Source of the DNA: Hypanus sabinus
Taxonomy: Eukaryota
Length of the DNA stretch: 64,000 nt
Assembly (NCBI RefSeq): GCF_030144855.1
Contig: NW_026781537.1
Location: 62,001 to 126,000, forward strand
Reading direction: 5' to 3'
Below the pieces are notes generated by a model that worked only from the letters and a program-made list of their open reading frames with translations, did no database searches and was not told where the DNA came from. Positions within the stretch are counted from its first letter, which is position 1. Every line of letters begins with the position of its first letter. Of the stretch, positions 39,020 through 51,614 are shown piece by piece. The position numbers and the translations under genes are program-made.

Positions 39020-39677
39020 TGTGCTGTCTTTACGACAGTTATTTAGTTTATAATATTTTCGCTTAGTAATTCATTCAATAGTATTTTCTAGTTAGAATTA
39101 GAAGTGTTTAAAGTATATGCATTACATGTAAAATATATCGGCATGCGATGTCGTCACATCCGGTTTCGCCGCGTCGTGTGGGAAAATACCGGTTTGAAAT
39201 TAGCGCGAGGGTGGGGGCTTACCACGAGGCTCACCTGAGCAGAAGTTGTTTTGCAGGCATGAGAAATCACAGTGAGAGCAACGCTGTAAGTTATTAGATA
39301 ATCGATATATTGAACTAAGATGTTAATGCCGATCCTGTTAGAAGTAACGACGGTAGATAATGTTTATGCTTTCATTAGTTAAAGAGTCGCGGATAGTTTG
39401 CATGGAAGTGTATTTAAAGTAGTCAATGGAGCAGGTAAACTCTCCCTGTATACTGCACCTTAGTGTAATGTAGTTATAGTCACTAAGGACTATATAGATA
39501 TTAAGGAAGGAACAAATATTGTATCAATCTTGTATTGTTTTATCAACTGTTTTCACCATATGTTAATGTGAAGAGTGAACAGTAAATGGTTAATCTTACT
39601 GTGATCTGGTCTCATTGACTGGTTTATCTCGACGTTGAATTCGGCGTTATCAGTTACACGCGAAGGAGAACGTTACA
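39020..39677 (+). repeat. BEL 3' LTR
   Basis: TG...CA, preceded by PPT-like 'agcggggag'. Confidence 0.93.
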
Positions 39678-42600
39678 ATGGGGCTGCACACGGATTTGGG
39701 ATGACACGCAGATTTGGGTGTCACGCCGATCTCTAAAAAGGATGTTTGTGCACATGTGGCTTTCTAACCTCAAGTCGGTCATTTGCAAAATTGTTTGAAA
39801 AGTTTGCTGGTCTGGAATAATCCATTATGTATCTGGGGTGTCACCGACTTCGGGATTGCGCAGATTTATGTCTGCTTCGGCATATATGGGTGGCAACTGA
39901 TTTGCGATGCGAACAGCTTCAGTGAAAACCGTCAATATTCTGATTTCGAGATGTTCTGGTCTTTACTGATTTCCGTATTCTCAGAGATCTGAGGTGGCTG
40001 CGGAATTGGAGTGTGGCGTATCTGAAGTTTGTTTCATCTACAGTTACTTTCGACGATATTCATGCTGGAGGCAGTTATCCCGTGAACTGTTTGAAATGAT
40101 TCTTGCTCTGACATGGTCTGTTGCATCTAAAGGGGTATCAGCGCGTTTGGAAGTGCGCTTTGCTTTGTGAGTGTGCACTTGTAATGTGCGCAGACTTGTG
40201 AAACACATGTATCTGGGGGTGCACACGGTTTAATGCATGAACAGAGATTCGAGTGATGATGCGGATTTGGGGTCGAACACGAATTTGGTTGTTCATACCG
40301 ATCTGGCTTGTCGCTGGATGTTTAATGATACTTTGTTAAGAAATGCACTTGCAAGTTAATACTTTATTCTTATTGATTGGTTAAGGACGATTTTGTGAAC
40401 TGGTTGAAATTATTCCTGCTCATGGATATTCTTATGTGCATGTGGCATTGCCAGTGAGTTGCTGGCGCACACTGATTTCGGGTGTGGGTGGGACAAATCT
40501 CATTTATAGAAACCGGATAATAAATGCAATTTGAACCTTGGCCTTTGTTCCAGGTATTATTAACATATGAGCCAGCTACTTTGTGAAACTGTTGGAAATG
40601 TTACTTCCTCCAGAATAATGCAATGTGCATGTAAGTGTTTCAGTGTATTTGGGGGTGCATACAGATTTAGTGGAGTGCACAGCTTTAGGAGAGTTTCGGC
40701 GAGTACGTATGCACAGTGATTATATGGGTGGATTTGGCAGGTGAATGCTGCCATTTTAAAGTGACTCTTCCATTGGGAAAATCAACAGGTTCAGCAGGTT
40801 TGGTGGTGTACACGATCTTAGGGTGTTCCCGCATTTGGGGGTGTCTCTGGATTTGAGATACTGACAAATCTCAGGGTTGTTTCATTGATAGGTACTTTAT
40901 TAATAAATATTCTTTCAGTTCTCTACTTTGCTAGTACTGTGATTTTTAAGTTGGAGGTTGGTACTTTGTGAACTATTTGAAATTGTTTCTCCTCTCGGAT
41001 AATATTATCTGTAAACAGGAGATGTTGACGGGTTCGGAGTGCGCACCCATTCGGGTGTGCATACGGATTTGTGAGTGCGCGTGGATTTTGGAATGTCAAG
41101 GGAATTGGATAAATGCGAAAATTCGTTTAGTTTACAAATACTCGGATACAAATGCACTTTAACGTCGAGCTTTTTACTTGTTATTTTTAATGTGGATTAA
41201 CCTATCTTGTGAAGTGTTTGAAAAGTTTCTTGCTCTGGGATAAACAGTCGTACAAATGTACATGTAGGGGCTCACTCGGATTTGAGGGTTCTCAGAGATC
41301 TTGACATGTGCGCGGCGAGTTTGGGTACTCACGGATCTGAGAGTGTCGGTGGATTGGGGTGTGCGAAGAATCACGAGGTTGTTTCATTTATAGATACATT
41401 AAAAATCGAACTTGGAACTTTGGTAAGGATTTAAGGATAGGTATGTCAAATGCATTTGCACATATTTCATGGTTTGTTTGAATATTTTGGTGCACTTGGA
41501 TCGGGGATGCGCACAGATTTGTGCGCCTCGGCAGGTTTAGGGATGCACACGGATTTCGGGGTGTCGGTCTATCCTATGAGGTTACATAGCAATTATGGAA
41601 GCGTATTCTGCTGTCCCGCTTTCCGCAATTCCCTACCATTTATTATATAAGTCTACCCAGGTAGGTCCGGCCAAAGTGCAACAGCTCACACTAGATACCA
41701 TCTGGTTGGAATGTCACATTATATTCCAACTGCAAAATGTTCAGCCCGTTTTTCCAGCTGCATCACTGACGCTGAAAGTTTTCATAAACTACTCTGCTGT
41801 CCACTCACGCTCTGAACCCAGGTGTCATCTGAAAATCCACTTTATCATATTACTTTATCACTTATATATCCCGTTCCTTAGAATGTGTTTCAATACGTTT
41901 TGGACTGCACACAGATTCGGGTGTGTCGCTGGATTTGAGGTGCATACTAATTTGATTTGCAGATATAGAGGGAGAGGGTGTACGCATATTTTGTCATTGC
42001 GAGGAATGGTTTTGGGATAATCTAGTTTTCAAGTCGGTGTGTACACGGGTTTCAAGTTGTAAATAGACATAAGGGTACACACGGAATTGGAGGAGCGTAC
42101 GGATCTCGGTGCTCTCACTGATTTGGCGTGTCTACGGATTCGAAGGTGTGGCGAATCTCAAAGTTGTTCCATTTATAGATACTGTAACAAACAATGTCAT
42201 TTGAACGTCGACACCTGTTCTTGAATTTCATTTTTTCTTCTTCTTCAGGCAGCCATTATGGCAAAATTTGAAATGATTCTTCNNNNNNNNNNNNNNNNNN
42301 NNNNNNNNNNNNNNNNNNNNNNNNNNNNNNNNNNNNNNNNNNNNNNNNNNNNNNNNNNNNNNNNNNNNNNNNNNNNNNNNNNNNNNNNNNNNNNNNNNNN
42401 NNNNNNNNNNNNNNNNNNNNNNNNNNNNNNNNNNNNNNNNNNNNNNNNNNNNNNNNNNNNNNNNNNNNNNNNNNNNNNNNNNNNNNNNNNNNNNNNNNNN
42501 NNNNNNNNNNNNNNNNNNNNNNNNNNNNNNNNNNNNNNNNNNNNNNNNNNNNNNNTCTTATTTGAGGATGGGCATATATTTTGAGGTGCACACGGATTTG

Positions 42601-45365
42601 GGAATGCGTACAGATATAGGTGTACGTTGACGAAGATGGAGATGTACATGGATTTCGGGTTAATCACAAGTTTGGTTGTGTCAGAGGATTTCAACTTGAT
42701 CACGAATTTTTGGCTGTGTACCGATTTTAAAGTCCAGTCAGCTATGTTTTGATCTGTTTGAAATGATTCCTGCTCTGGGAATATCTGGTGTGAATGTGAG
42801 AGTTGTCAGCACGTTTGGGGTGCATACTGAATTGGACATTGCACAGATTCAACGGTATTTTCTAGAATATGTAGATACAAATCTGTCTGGCAATTGAGCA
42901 GATTTAGGGATGTGTTCTCGAGTATCGGACGCACAGGGATTTGGGATTAAAACTTCAAAATGTTTCTGAATCTGAGGTAACCAAATGTGCATATGCGATT
43001 GTCAGAGGACATGGAATTTGAGGTTGCGCACGCATTCTGGATTACGTGCGGACTTTTAATGTCGAGGCCCATCTTCTTATACAGTTCTGTTCCGGCTGGA
43101 CTTCGGCCTTAAACGGCTGGAGAAAGTGCGGAAAGGACAGATGTTGTCTTCTCCCGGTAGGGAACAGTTATATTTCGAAGTGGTCCTGTCATGTTTTGTC
43201 ATCCTGCAACCTTATCCTTAAATCTCTTTGAATTATGGAAGTGAACATGTGTATAAATGTCTCTCTCCAGCTTACTTCATCATGATCATCATGATTCTAG
43301 TACTTGTACTTTTATTTAAATGGCTCCTAATTATACATGCGATTTTTTATGGTTTATCGGCGAGCAGCAGTGAACCATCTGATTGGCCTTGTAGAGTTCT
43401 CGTTGGGAACTAGTTAACATGATCAGCATTTCTGATCGTGTGTTCACGATCACACTTAATAAAAAAGGCTGCTATATTCTGAACATTTTGAAATGATAAC
43501 CTCATGATCAAGTGGATGTGTCAGCGGGCTTAAGTGCACAATCAATTGTGAATTGCGCAGATTTAGGGCAGCATCGGCGAATATGGAGGAATATGGAATA
43601 CTGCTTTGGTTTGCTCATGGATTTGGAGATGCGCACGGATATGGGATTATTCTATCAAATATGGGGGTGCGCGCTGATTTGGAAAATGCACAGATTCAGG
43701 GGTGTGGAGGCAAATACGGGTCTGCAAACAGGATTATGGAGTGTACATGGATTTGTCGAGTGGCGCAGATTTAGAAGTGTTTACCTGAGTGTTTACCTAA
43801 GTGTGGGGCACGGAATTTGTGATGTGCGCAGGTATGTTATCCAATTTGAGGGGGCACACTCATTTGGGACACGCATTAGAGTTGTGTCTGTCGCCCTATC
43901 TGCAGTTGAAATCGCATTTCGGTGTGCGTGAGGATTTTAAATGCCCAAACAGACATTTTCTGAACTGTTTGAAATCATTCCTGCTCTTGAATAATCTATT
44001 TTGTATGTGGGGTGTCAGCGTATTTGGGAACGCACTGATTAGGTGAGGTGCACAGACTTGGGGATGCGCTTTGGGTGTGTTGGCGGATCAGGATTTGCAG
44101 ACGTAAAAGTTTTGTTTTTCATGTGGATTTTTAACGACTAGGCTTCCATTTTGTGAACTGGTTTAAATGGTCTTTGCTTTGGAATAATCTAATGTGCATG
44201 TAGGGATGCCAGTGGGTTTGTGGTTCACACTATTTTGGGGACTGTGCAGACAGAGCTGTCTTTACGAATATGGGGTTCACACGGTTTTGGGAATGCACAT
44301 GAATCCGGGGATGTGTTAGATTTCGGGATCTGTTCTCGAATTTAGGGTCCACACGTATGTTATGTTGTGCGCATACTTTGGCGTGCATTTTCGAATTTGG
44401 GCGTGCACACGCATTTATTGTTAAATTAGACATTTGCGACTCTCGGTCGATCTACAGTTCAAATCGTATTTTGGGATACATTGGAATTTTAATGTCGTAA
44501 CAGCCATTTGCTGAACGGTTTGAAATGATTCTTGCTCTGGAAAAATATAATATATGTGGTGTGTCAGCGTGTTTGGAGAGCTCACTGATTTGAGATATGC
44601 GCAGATGTCGGGGTGTGTTCTCAAAGATGGGCCTGCACATGTACTTGGAAAACATATAGATTTGGCTGTGTTTGGCGGATCAAGGTTTGTGCACGAATAT
44701 TTAACTTCATGCAGATTATTAATGACGAGGATGCCATTTTCTCAACTGTCTGAAGTGATTCTTGCTCTAGGAAAATATGATGTGCATGTGGGAGTTTCAG
44801 AAGCTTTGGGGTGCGCACTGAATGCGGATTGCGCATATTTAGTTTATGTCGGCGAAATCGGGAGTGCACACGTTCTTGGGGAGGGCATGAACCCAGGGAT
44901 GCGCACGGATTCAAATGAGTTCTCGAAAGCGGGTTTGCACACGCATTTGCACACATGCGCTGATTTAGGGGTGTGTGCTCCAATTTGGGTCTACGGATTT
45001 ATTTGGGGATTGAGCAAATTTAGGGGACGAATACGGGAGTCGCAAAGTTTTTGTGGGTGTATATGATGGTTCAGACGGATCTGGCTGTGTCGGACCTTGG
45101 GATGCGTGCGGATAATTTAATGTCCAGATCGCCATTTTGTGTTTGGAGTGAATTTTCGTTTGTATAATTTAATGTGCATATGGGAACATGCGCAGATTTG
45201 TGGGGTGCACGTGGATTTTAGTGATGCGCGCATTTCAATGGGGCATTTTAAATATGGGGTTGCACACGAATTTGGGTGACAGCCAGATCTGTGTACGTCG
45301 GCCGATCTGCAAACGGATATTAAGGGGCGTGTGAGCTTTTATTGTTGGGACAGCCATTTTCTGCT
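39678..45365. repeat. Degenerate satellite-like array, right part
   Basis: Cores at about 39780, 40080, 40390, 40580, 40965, 41200, 42250, 42740, 43470, 43950, 44145, 44500, 44733, 45130 and 45350, separated by short GGATTTGGGG-type units. Confidence 0.85.
42283..42555. other. Assembly gap
   Basis: Run of N. Confidence 1.
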
Positions 45366-45639
45366 GTGAACCAGATCTCTGTAATAGCTGGCTCACTACG
45401 TTACGTATTAATCCAGGTTCGAAGTACGTCTTTCTTAAATGTTACACACCTTTTGTGAAATAAACTGACCACGGCCTCGGAGCTACCGGGATAATTACCT
45501 GGGTCCAGTTTGGCGTTCGTTGACCTCGTCTCTGCCTTTTATTCAATGCTACTTGCTCACCTGTGGTACTAGTTCCTACTCCACCTCCCACCACCCAACA
45601 GCAGGCATGCGCATACCACATGTTAATGCCAGGGCAGCT

Positions 45640-46690
45640 GCATCAAACTCCTCAGTTAGAATATTAAATCTCTTTCAGTACATGTATAAGACCCGTGCTC
45701 CTTACACCAGTCGCACCAAATGCTGGAAAAGAGTCAAATACGATGAACTCCTGCCAAAATCGTTAGCCACACATTTACCTGTCCTTCCTTAGCGTCTCTT
45801 CCCTCGTCAGATCACTAATCCGGAGTTGCTAGTTCTTGAGCCATGAGCCTTCGGAACCTCTAATTTAACTTATTTGGAAATGTTGGAGGATCTATAGGCT
45901 TGCATAGCACGACTCTCCTGTTCCTCCACACTGCGATCAAATCTACCATAAGTACTCTGTAATCCAGTTTAAAGTTTTATTGTGTATGAATTTTTATTGT
46001 GATGAAATTCTACGCTATCCACAATACTACAGAGGTGTCATTGATTCACTTAGAGATGGAGCGAAGAATAATGAGCCACGGCGCCCAGTATCCTCAATTT
46101 TACCCCAGCCTAATCGCTGAGTTGTTTTCTTTTTTTTTTACGTTTACCTTGTGAGAATACCCATAAATATCACGGAGAGGATGTACAAATTCCTTCCGGA
46201 ATGAACTCCGATTTCCATTGCTCCGAGCTGGAATCGTCTGATTCTAACCGCGATGCTACGTGGAGCCGCAAACTGCGAGTTGCCAACCCACATATCCACT
46301 TCTTCTCTCAAGTCATTTACAAATATCAGAGAAAGCAGGGTTACAAAAAAGATCTTTTGGAAACATCCCATCTACTGCCAGCCCCATACTCACCATGCCT
46401 CCCGACATTCTGGATCGAGCTATTGTGAGGGCTCTTGTCAAACGTCTCACTCAATTCCATACATAGATCATCCATCTCCTTAATTTGTTTTGTCACTCTC
46501 TCAGAAAGTCATTCAGGTGCGTAAAGTATGACCTTCCCCTCACAAAGCCAGTTGATTGCCTGTGATTATGCTTCTCCAATTATTTGTCAAACCTGTCGTG
46601 AAGAATCCCCTTCAAACGTTTAGCCTCCATTGATGGCAGTAGTCACTGTTTTACAATTCCTAGTACAAATCCTCACTACTTATTAACCGT
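45640..46690 (-). mobile_element. Decayed CR1 fragments (ORF1 esterase-like and RT pieces)
   Basis: Minus-strand 'caggtaaatgtgtggctaa' (QVNVWL); 'tgtgagggggaaggtcatactttac', 'atggatgatctatgtatggaattgagtgagacgtttgacaag'. Confidence 0.5.
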
Positions 46691-47828
46691 CTTAACCAAG
46701 CTTATATTTAGAGTTTATACTTCGATCTTACAAGCTCAGGATTACAATTTGAAAAAAATCATCGCGGACCATCCACTGAAGGACTCAGTCTGAAACCTCA
46801 ATTCAGCTTTCTCTGGAGAATGTAAAATCTGAATACAAACTGCCGGTACTCCCAACATCTTACTAATTGCATAAATAATTTATCCCCGATCGTGATTGTT
46901 TAGAGAGACCCTCCAATTTCCCAGTTGCGCCAATTCAAAATTAGCTCAACCTTTGTTCCATTATTTATCAAGTTTATATCACACTGTCTTTTTCAACCAT
47001 TCGTTGCTTGTTCTTTGTCCAACGTCAGTTCTGCGTTGGCATAGTCGAATATCTCGTTGACACTGACTAAGATTAGACCAGTCAGAAGCAAGAGACAATC
47101 TGCAGACCCTAGAATTCCAATATGCTGGAGGATTCCAATTCCAATTCCAATTCTGCTGCCTGAGCTGAAAACCTTCGCCAGCACTCTCTGTAGGATTAGT
47201 TCATATCAGTTCGCATTTCGCTTCGCTGTGTCTTTTGTTCTTGGGTTCACAGCATCGCCTCGTCCACCTACCACCGCTCCTCCACCTTCCCTTTGAAAGC
47301 TAACATTCTGTTACGGGAAATTAGTTCAAATCGGAAAACAGAAGGAAAAGCTACAGGTAGGGACAGAGGAGAAAATCACCGTGAAGTAAAGGACGGGTAA
47401 TGATGGGAGCAGGAGTGGGTAATACCGACGGAAGTATACTCCATATCAAGCTGTTTTGTCAGAATCAGGAAGAAGGCTTGACAGGTTCGCCTCAAGGCAC
47501 AACTTAAGCGGGATGAGGGTGAGATACAAAGGGGATTTTTCTGGAATGCTGAATCCAGTCGTGTCGTCGCGATTGACTGTACATATTTGTTGTATAACTG
47601 TAAGGCAACACACACAAACTGCTGGAGCAATTCAGCAGATGGATGGCAACTTTGGAGAAGAGTAAACATTCAACTATTCGGCCGACAACCTTCATGATTT
47701 TGTGTATTGCCTTACAGTTATACGTTGTTTGAAACACTGTTCATCATATTGTTTCTGTTTATTAAAAGAGGGAGGACAGAATAGGAGCGTGAAGACAGCT
47801 GAATTGTACTACTGCATAGCATTTATTT

Positions 47829-48733
47829 CTATATTTTAATGAGTTTCAAAATCAGATTCAGTGGGTATTTCACCACATTCTTGAGATCCTCTCGGAATTT
47901 GCTCTGAGTCAGGGCGTAAATACACGTGTTGGTGCAGGAACTGAGGATCTTCAGCATTCCCGATGTCTCTTCTATAATGTAAACGGGATTCGTGACAGAA
48001 TAATAAACAAAACTCGTTGAAATCCGCTGATAGATGAAAAAGACCAAACGTGTTCCCCACAACATTATGAAACTACCGGTTATGCAGAAAAGCAAAACGA
48101 TGGATTTGCGTCGGTTCTCTATCTCCCGGTCCTTGTCATTCTCTCCACTTTTTTGTCCCCGGAGCCTCCTGCGGGCTCGACTGGCCACCAGAATCCGCCT
48201 AACAGTCAGAATATTGAAAAACAAAATCAGAAAGAATGGGACACAAGGGGTAAAAATGTGGTGAAACATCTCAAATACCACCCATGAGGGAGAGTTTCTG
48301 TAGCTCGGTGTAAGAACAAAATACCAGGGGATACCATCAATTTTTATCATAGGCTCGTATACAAAGCCCCAGGGGACACTCTCCAAACAGGCCAGCACAC
48401 TCACTGTCCCGATAACCACAGCCGCCGTTCTCTTGGTGCAATATTTTGTTTTCAGCTTCTCACAGCAAATAGCCACAAATCGATCGACGGTGAAAGAGAC
48501 AGTCAGCCAGACAGAGGCAGTAGTGCTCGCATGAATCAGCCATCTAGCGATACTGCACACAGGAGTGATGAACAGGAATGATCGGCGAAAATAAAGCCAA
48601 GCAGTCCACGTCAGGAGCGGAAGCGAGATAACGACCAGGAGATCGGCCGCTGCCATTCCCACCAGGTATAGAGTTACACATTTGGAGAGACCGCACTTAT
48701 CCCGGGACAGGATCACAATCGCCATCAAGTTCA
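47829..48733 (-). CDS. GPR139/GPR142-like orphan GPCR gene B, exon 2 (spliced product 324 aa)
   Basis: Acceptor CAG at 48734-48736; 905 nt, same length as gene A exon 2; TVDRFVAIC, SSCTNTCIY; uninterrupted. Confidence 0.93.
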
Positions 48734-50141
48734 CTGAAGAGAGAGCGGAAATAGCAATTTGAGAAAATACTGAGTAAAACCCATTGCCGCAGTTTTCGGG
48801 GATCATGCAATATTCCCGGTTTATTGTTGCATTCAGCGGTAGGAGGGTGCAAAGAGGGTCAAGAGCTGGCTGAGTTTACACATTAAAATAATGTCACGTA
48901 ATTAAATTTGGATTCCTTTCTGTTGACCAAAAAATATGAAGAGGCAGCGGACAGATGCAACTAGGTACCCTCAGAGTTAGTACGGTTTGAAACATTTTTA
49001 TCGGTTTCATCCGCGTCTGATATGAATGAAATGAATCAATTCGGACGCCGATGGCGGGATTCTTGCATTAAACAATCATCAACTTCCCTGTGACTCCCTG
49101 TCAGCGACAGAACAGCCGAAGGACACAACAGAAACAGCAATTCCCGGAACCTCTCATCCAGACAAAAATAGAATATGTGGGAAAGGAGTTAACGTGTATT
49201 TTCTGAACTGTTTTCAGAGAGGCCCCATGACACGACTTTCTCTTACTCTTTCTATACAAGCTGCCTGAGGCTTTATGTTTCCAGCATTTCCGGTGTTTGT
49301 TTCCTATTCCAGCATTTGCCAGCTCGCCGACTTTCTAGCAGAACTTTGACTGAGGCAGCAGTCACAGCCTAGTCTGATACAGCCTCTCAGATATACTTGA
49401 CGCCCCCGACTGAATCCACCACAGGGAAGCGGGGAGCATAATTCAACACCCAGTAGCAGGCACGGTGACACAGACAGATGATTGTAGCGGTGTCAGATGT
49501 GGATATATTATAATACATTTTGCAGTATTTATATTTATTTGGATAATATAATACATTTCGCAGTGTTGGTAGTTATGAATCTACACGTCGGATTTGTTAA
49601 TTGAACAGCAACGACGTCATTGTATTGTCCAGCAACTGCTTCACTTTCTGTCACACAGCTCGCTTTTAGTGAAAATCCTCAATATTCCTGCTGCAACAGG
49701 GAGCTTCTCAAATTTGCTGAATCCTTACCTCTAATCGATTGTTTGATCACGACACGTACCTCACACAACCGCTCACATAACAATGCAGACAATCAATTAG
49801 CATCATCTCCGCGGCAGTATAAACACAGTATTTGCAAATGCAGTGTGGCTGCTTCGAGACCAATAGCATAGAGACCCGAGCATCACATTATTGAACACAA
49901 ACCGCTGGAAGATATCTGCCTGTCCAACTGAGGTCTTCCGATGTTGGCGCATTCGCTAAATTCATACAGCGGTTTATTTTTAGATCCAGATATCAGAATC
50001 CACAGTCGCTGGCTTTGCTTCCATTCCTAGAATGTCGAATACTAGCACTGGATATGAGGTTGTGGAAACCAGTGACAGAAGCAATCACTATATAGACATT
50101 AACTTCAATTCCCACCAACGGCAGCCGATACCGCAGCTTAC

Positions 50142-50211
50142 CGAGAATTCCAAAGGCTGACATAAAAGGATAGTAAACTTCTCCTATCCGCAAAAGGGCT
50201 GGATAACCCAT
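50142..50211 (-). CDS. GPCR gene B, proximal exon 1
   Basis: MGYPALLRIGEVYYPFMSAFGIL plus 1 nt, donor GTAAGC. Confidence 0.88.
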
Positions 50212-51614
50212 TTCCGTGATAAACTGCCAATTGTGTTGCTCCTGAATTCACAGCTCCTTCAGAAACTCTGAGCTAATGTATTCTAAGCGGCCCGGATTTA
50301 CAGAAATGATCAGTCTCCAGAGACACTGTTATGCCGCTGACTGACAACAGTCACTTGAAAAATCATGGTAATTCAGCACCATTCACTGTCTCTGATGTAC
50401 ATATTGAGCCGACAGAAGACAGCCACTTCTAACTTCCTCGGCATTACCTCCGCGCTTCCTCACCTAGTGAGAAGAATGCCGGAGCTCCATTGATAAACAC
50501 CCGAAGCAGCCACATTTACAGATTTCATCCTTTTTCTCCGCTAATTAACCACTTGTGAACAGAGTTCAACGACACGTCCGAACTCAAACTTCTCTCCCTG
50601 TGGTTTGCCATTTTCAACATCATCCTGGACGCACGCACACACACGCGGAATGGCCGTGTTCGGATGACTGCGATGCTGATGCACTAAAGATGACAAAATT
50701 TGCAGATGCTGGTAATCCTCAGGGGAAGGCAACACACACAAAGTGCTGGGAAAAAAAATCTTGAGATGTTGCTGATGTAATTGGATCTTAAGAGCATCTC
50801 AGACCAGCCAGAACGGAAAGGAAGAACTGCTTCGATCTGCAAAGGGAATATTCAATAATAAACATTAAACAAAGGACTCTAAATTGGGAGATGAATCGAC
50901 GTAGGATGGATGAAAGTGAATGAAAAGAAGACCAGTACAATATGCTATATTATAACGGTGTGAAAAAGACAGAGGGTCAGACCGACAGATTGACAGTGGC
51001 ACACGCTGCAACGGCCGCTTCACACAACCGTCGGGCATATACCTCTCCCTCACTGACCGAGTTTCCTTCTCCTACCAACAGGGAAAACTTCAATCAACTC
51101 CGATTTTCCCTCCTGTGGAGTCAACAGAGCAGTCGCTCCTCTCTGACACGCAAGGTGTTTTACAAAGCACAGGCACCGACTGCTCATTAGTTCCCACAGT
51201 TTTAGACAGTGGAGAAATTCAGGTACAATCCCACACTGAACTCAAGACACAGATTACCAATACAACGGCTACACTGAAACACAGGTGGATAATATTTCCA
51301 TTGACCTCGGCACCACTGTCCTACAGTAGAGACACAGACCCAGTCTCCAAATCCACACCCACAGGATTAGCAGTGTCAGTGTGAGCTCAGTATTGGACGT
51401 ACCGCTGATAAATTGGAAAATTATGAATGTGGTATTGGAAGAACTTAAGAAAGTTTCGGATAAGCGCGCGAGGAGGACATTTTGTCTGTGATGTTGGGCT
51501 GACGAAAGTAAGCCAGTGATGCCTCATTAAACTAATCCCTCTGCCTGAATGCACGTCACGTATTATTTCCAGGTCTGCGCAGAGTTCCTCAAGAAAGTTA
51601 TCCCTGCAACGGAG

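Larger units (their letters stand above)
32329..39677 (+). mobile_element. BEL/Pao LTR retrotransposon, near full length, TSD ATGGG
   Basis: LTRs 32329-33005 and 39020-39677; ATGGG at 32324-32328 and 39678-39682; gag with three Cys/His knuckles; RT FYVDD, RNase H VFSDAS/TIPRLELCAA, integrase CVTC, GLDVFGP, SDCGTNF, GGAWER. Confidence 0.97.

Noticed and set aside
30904-45066. 100-170-aa ORFs within the satellite
   Set aside because: Low-complexity translations of the repeat, with no domain motifs or frame conservation between copies
48734-48806. Single-exon 325-aa version of gene B from the ORF track
   Set aside because: The extension reads through the intron's polypyrimidine tract; the equivalent region in gene A has an in-frame stop, and a proper exon 1 exists
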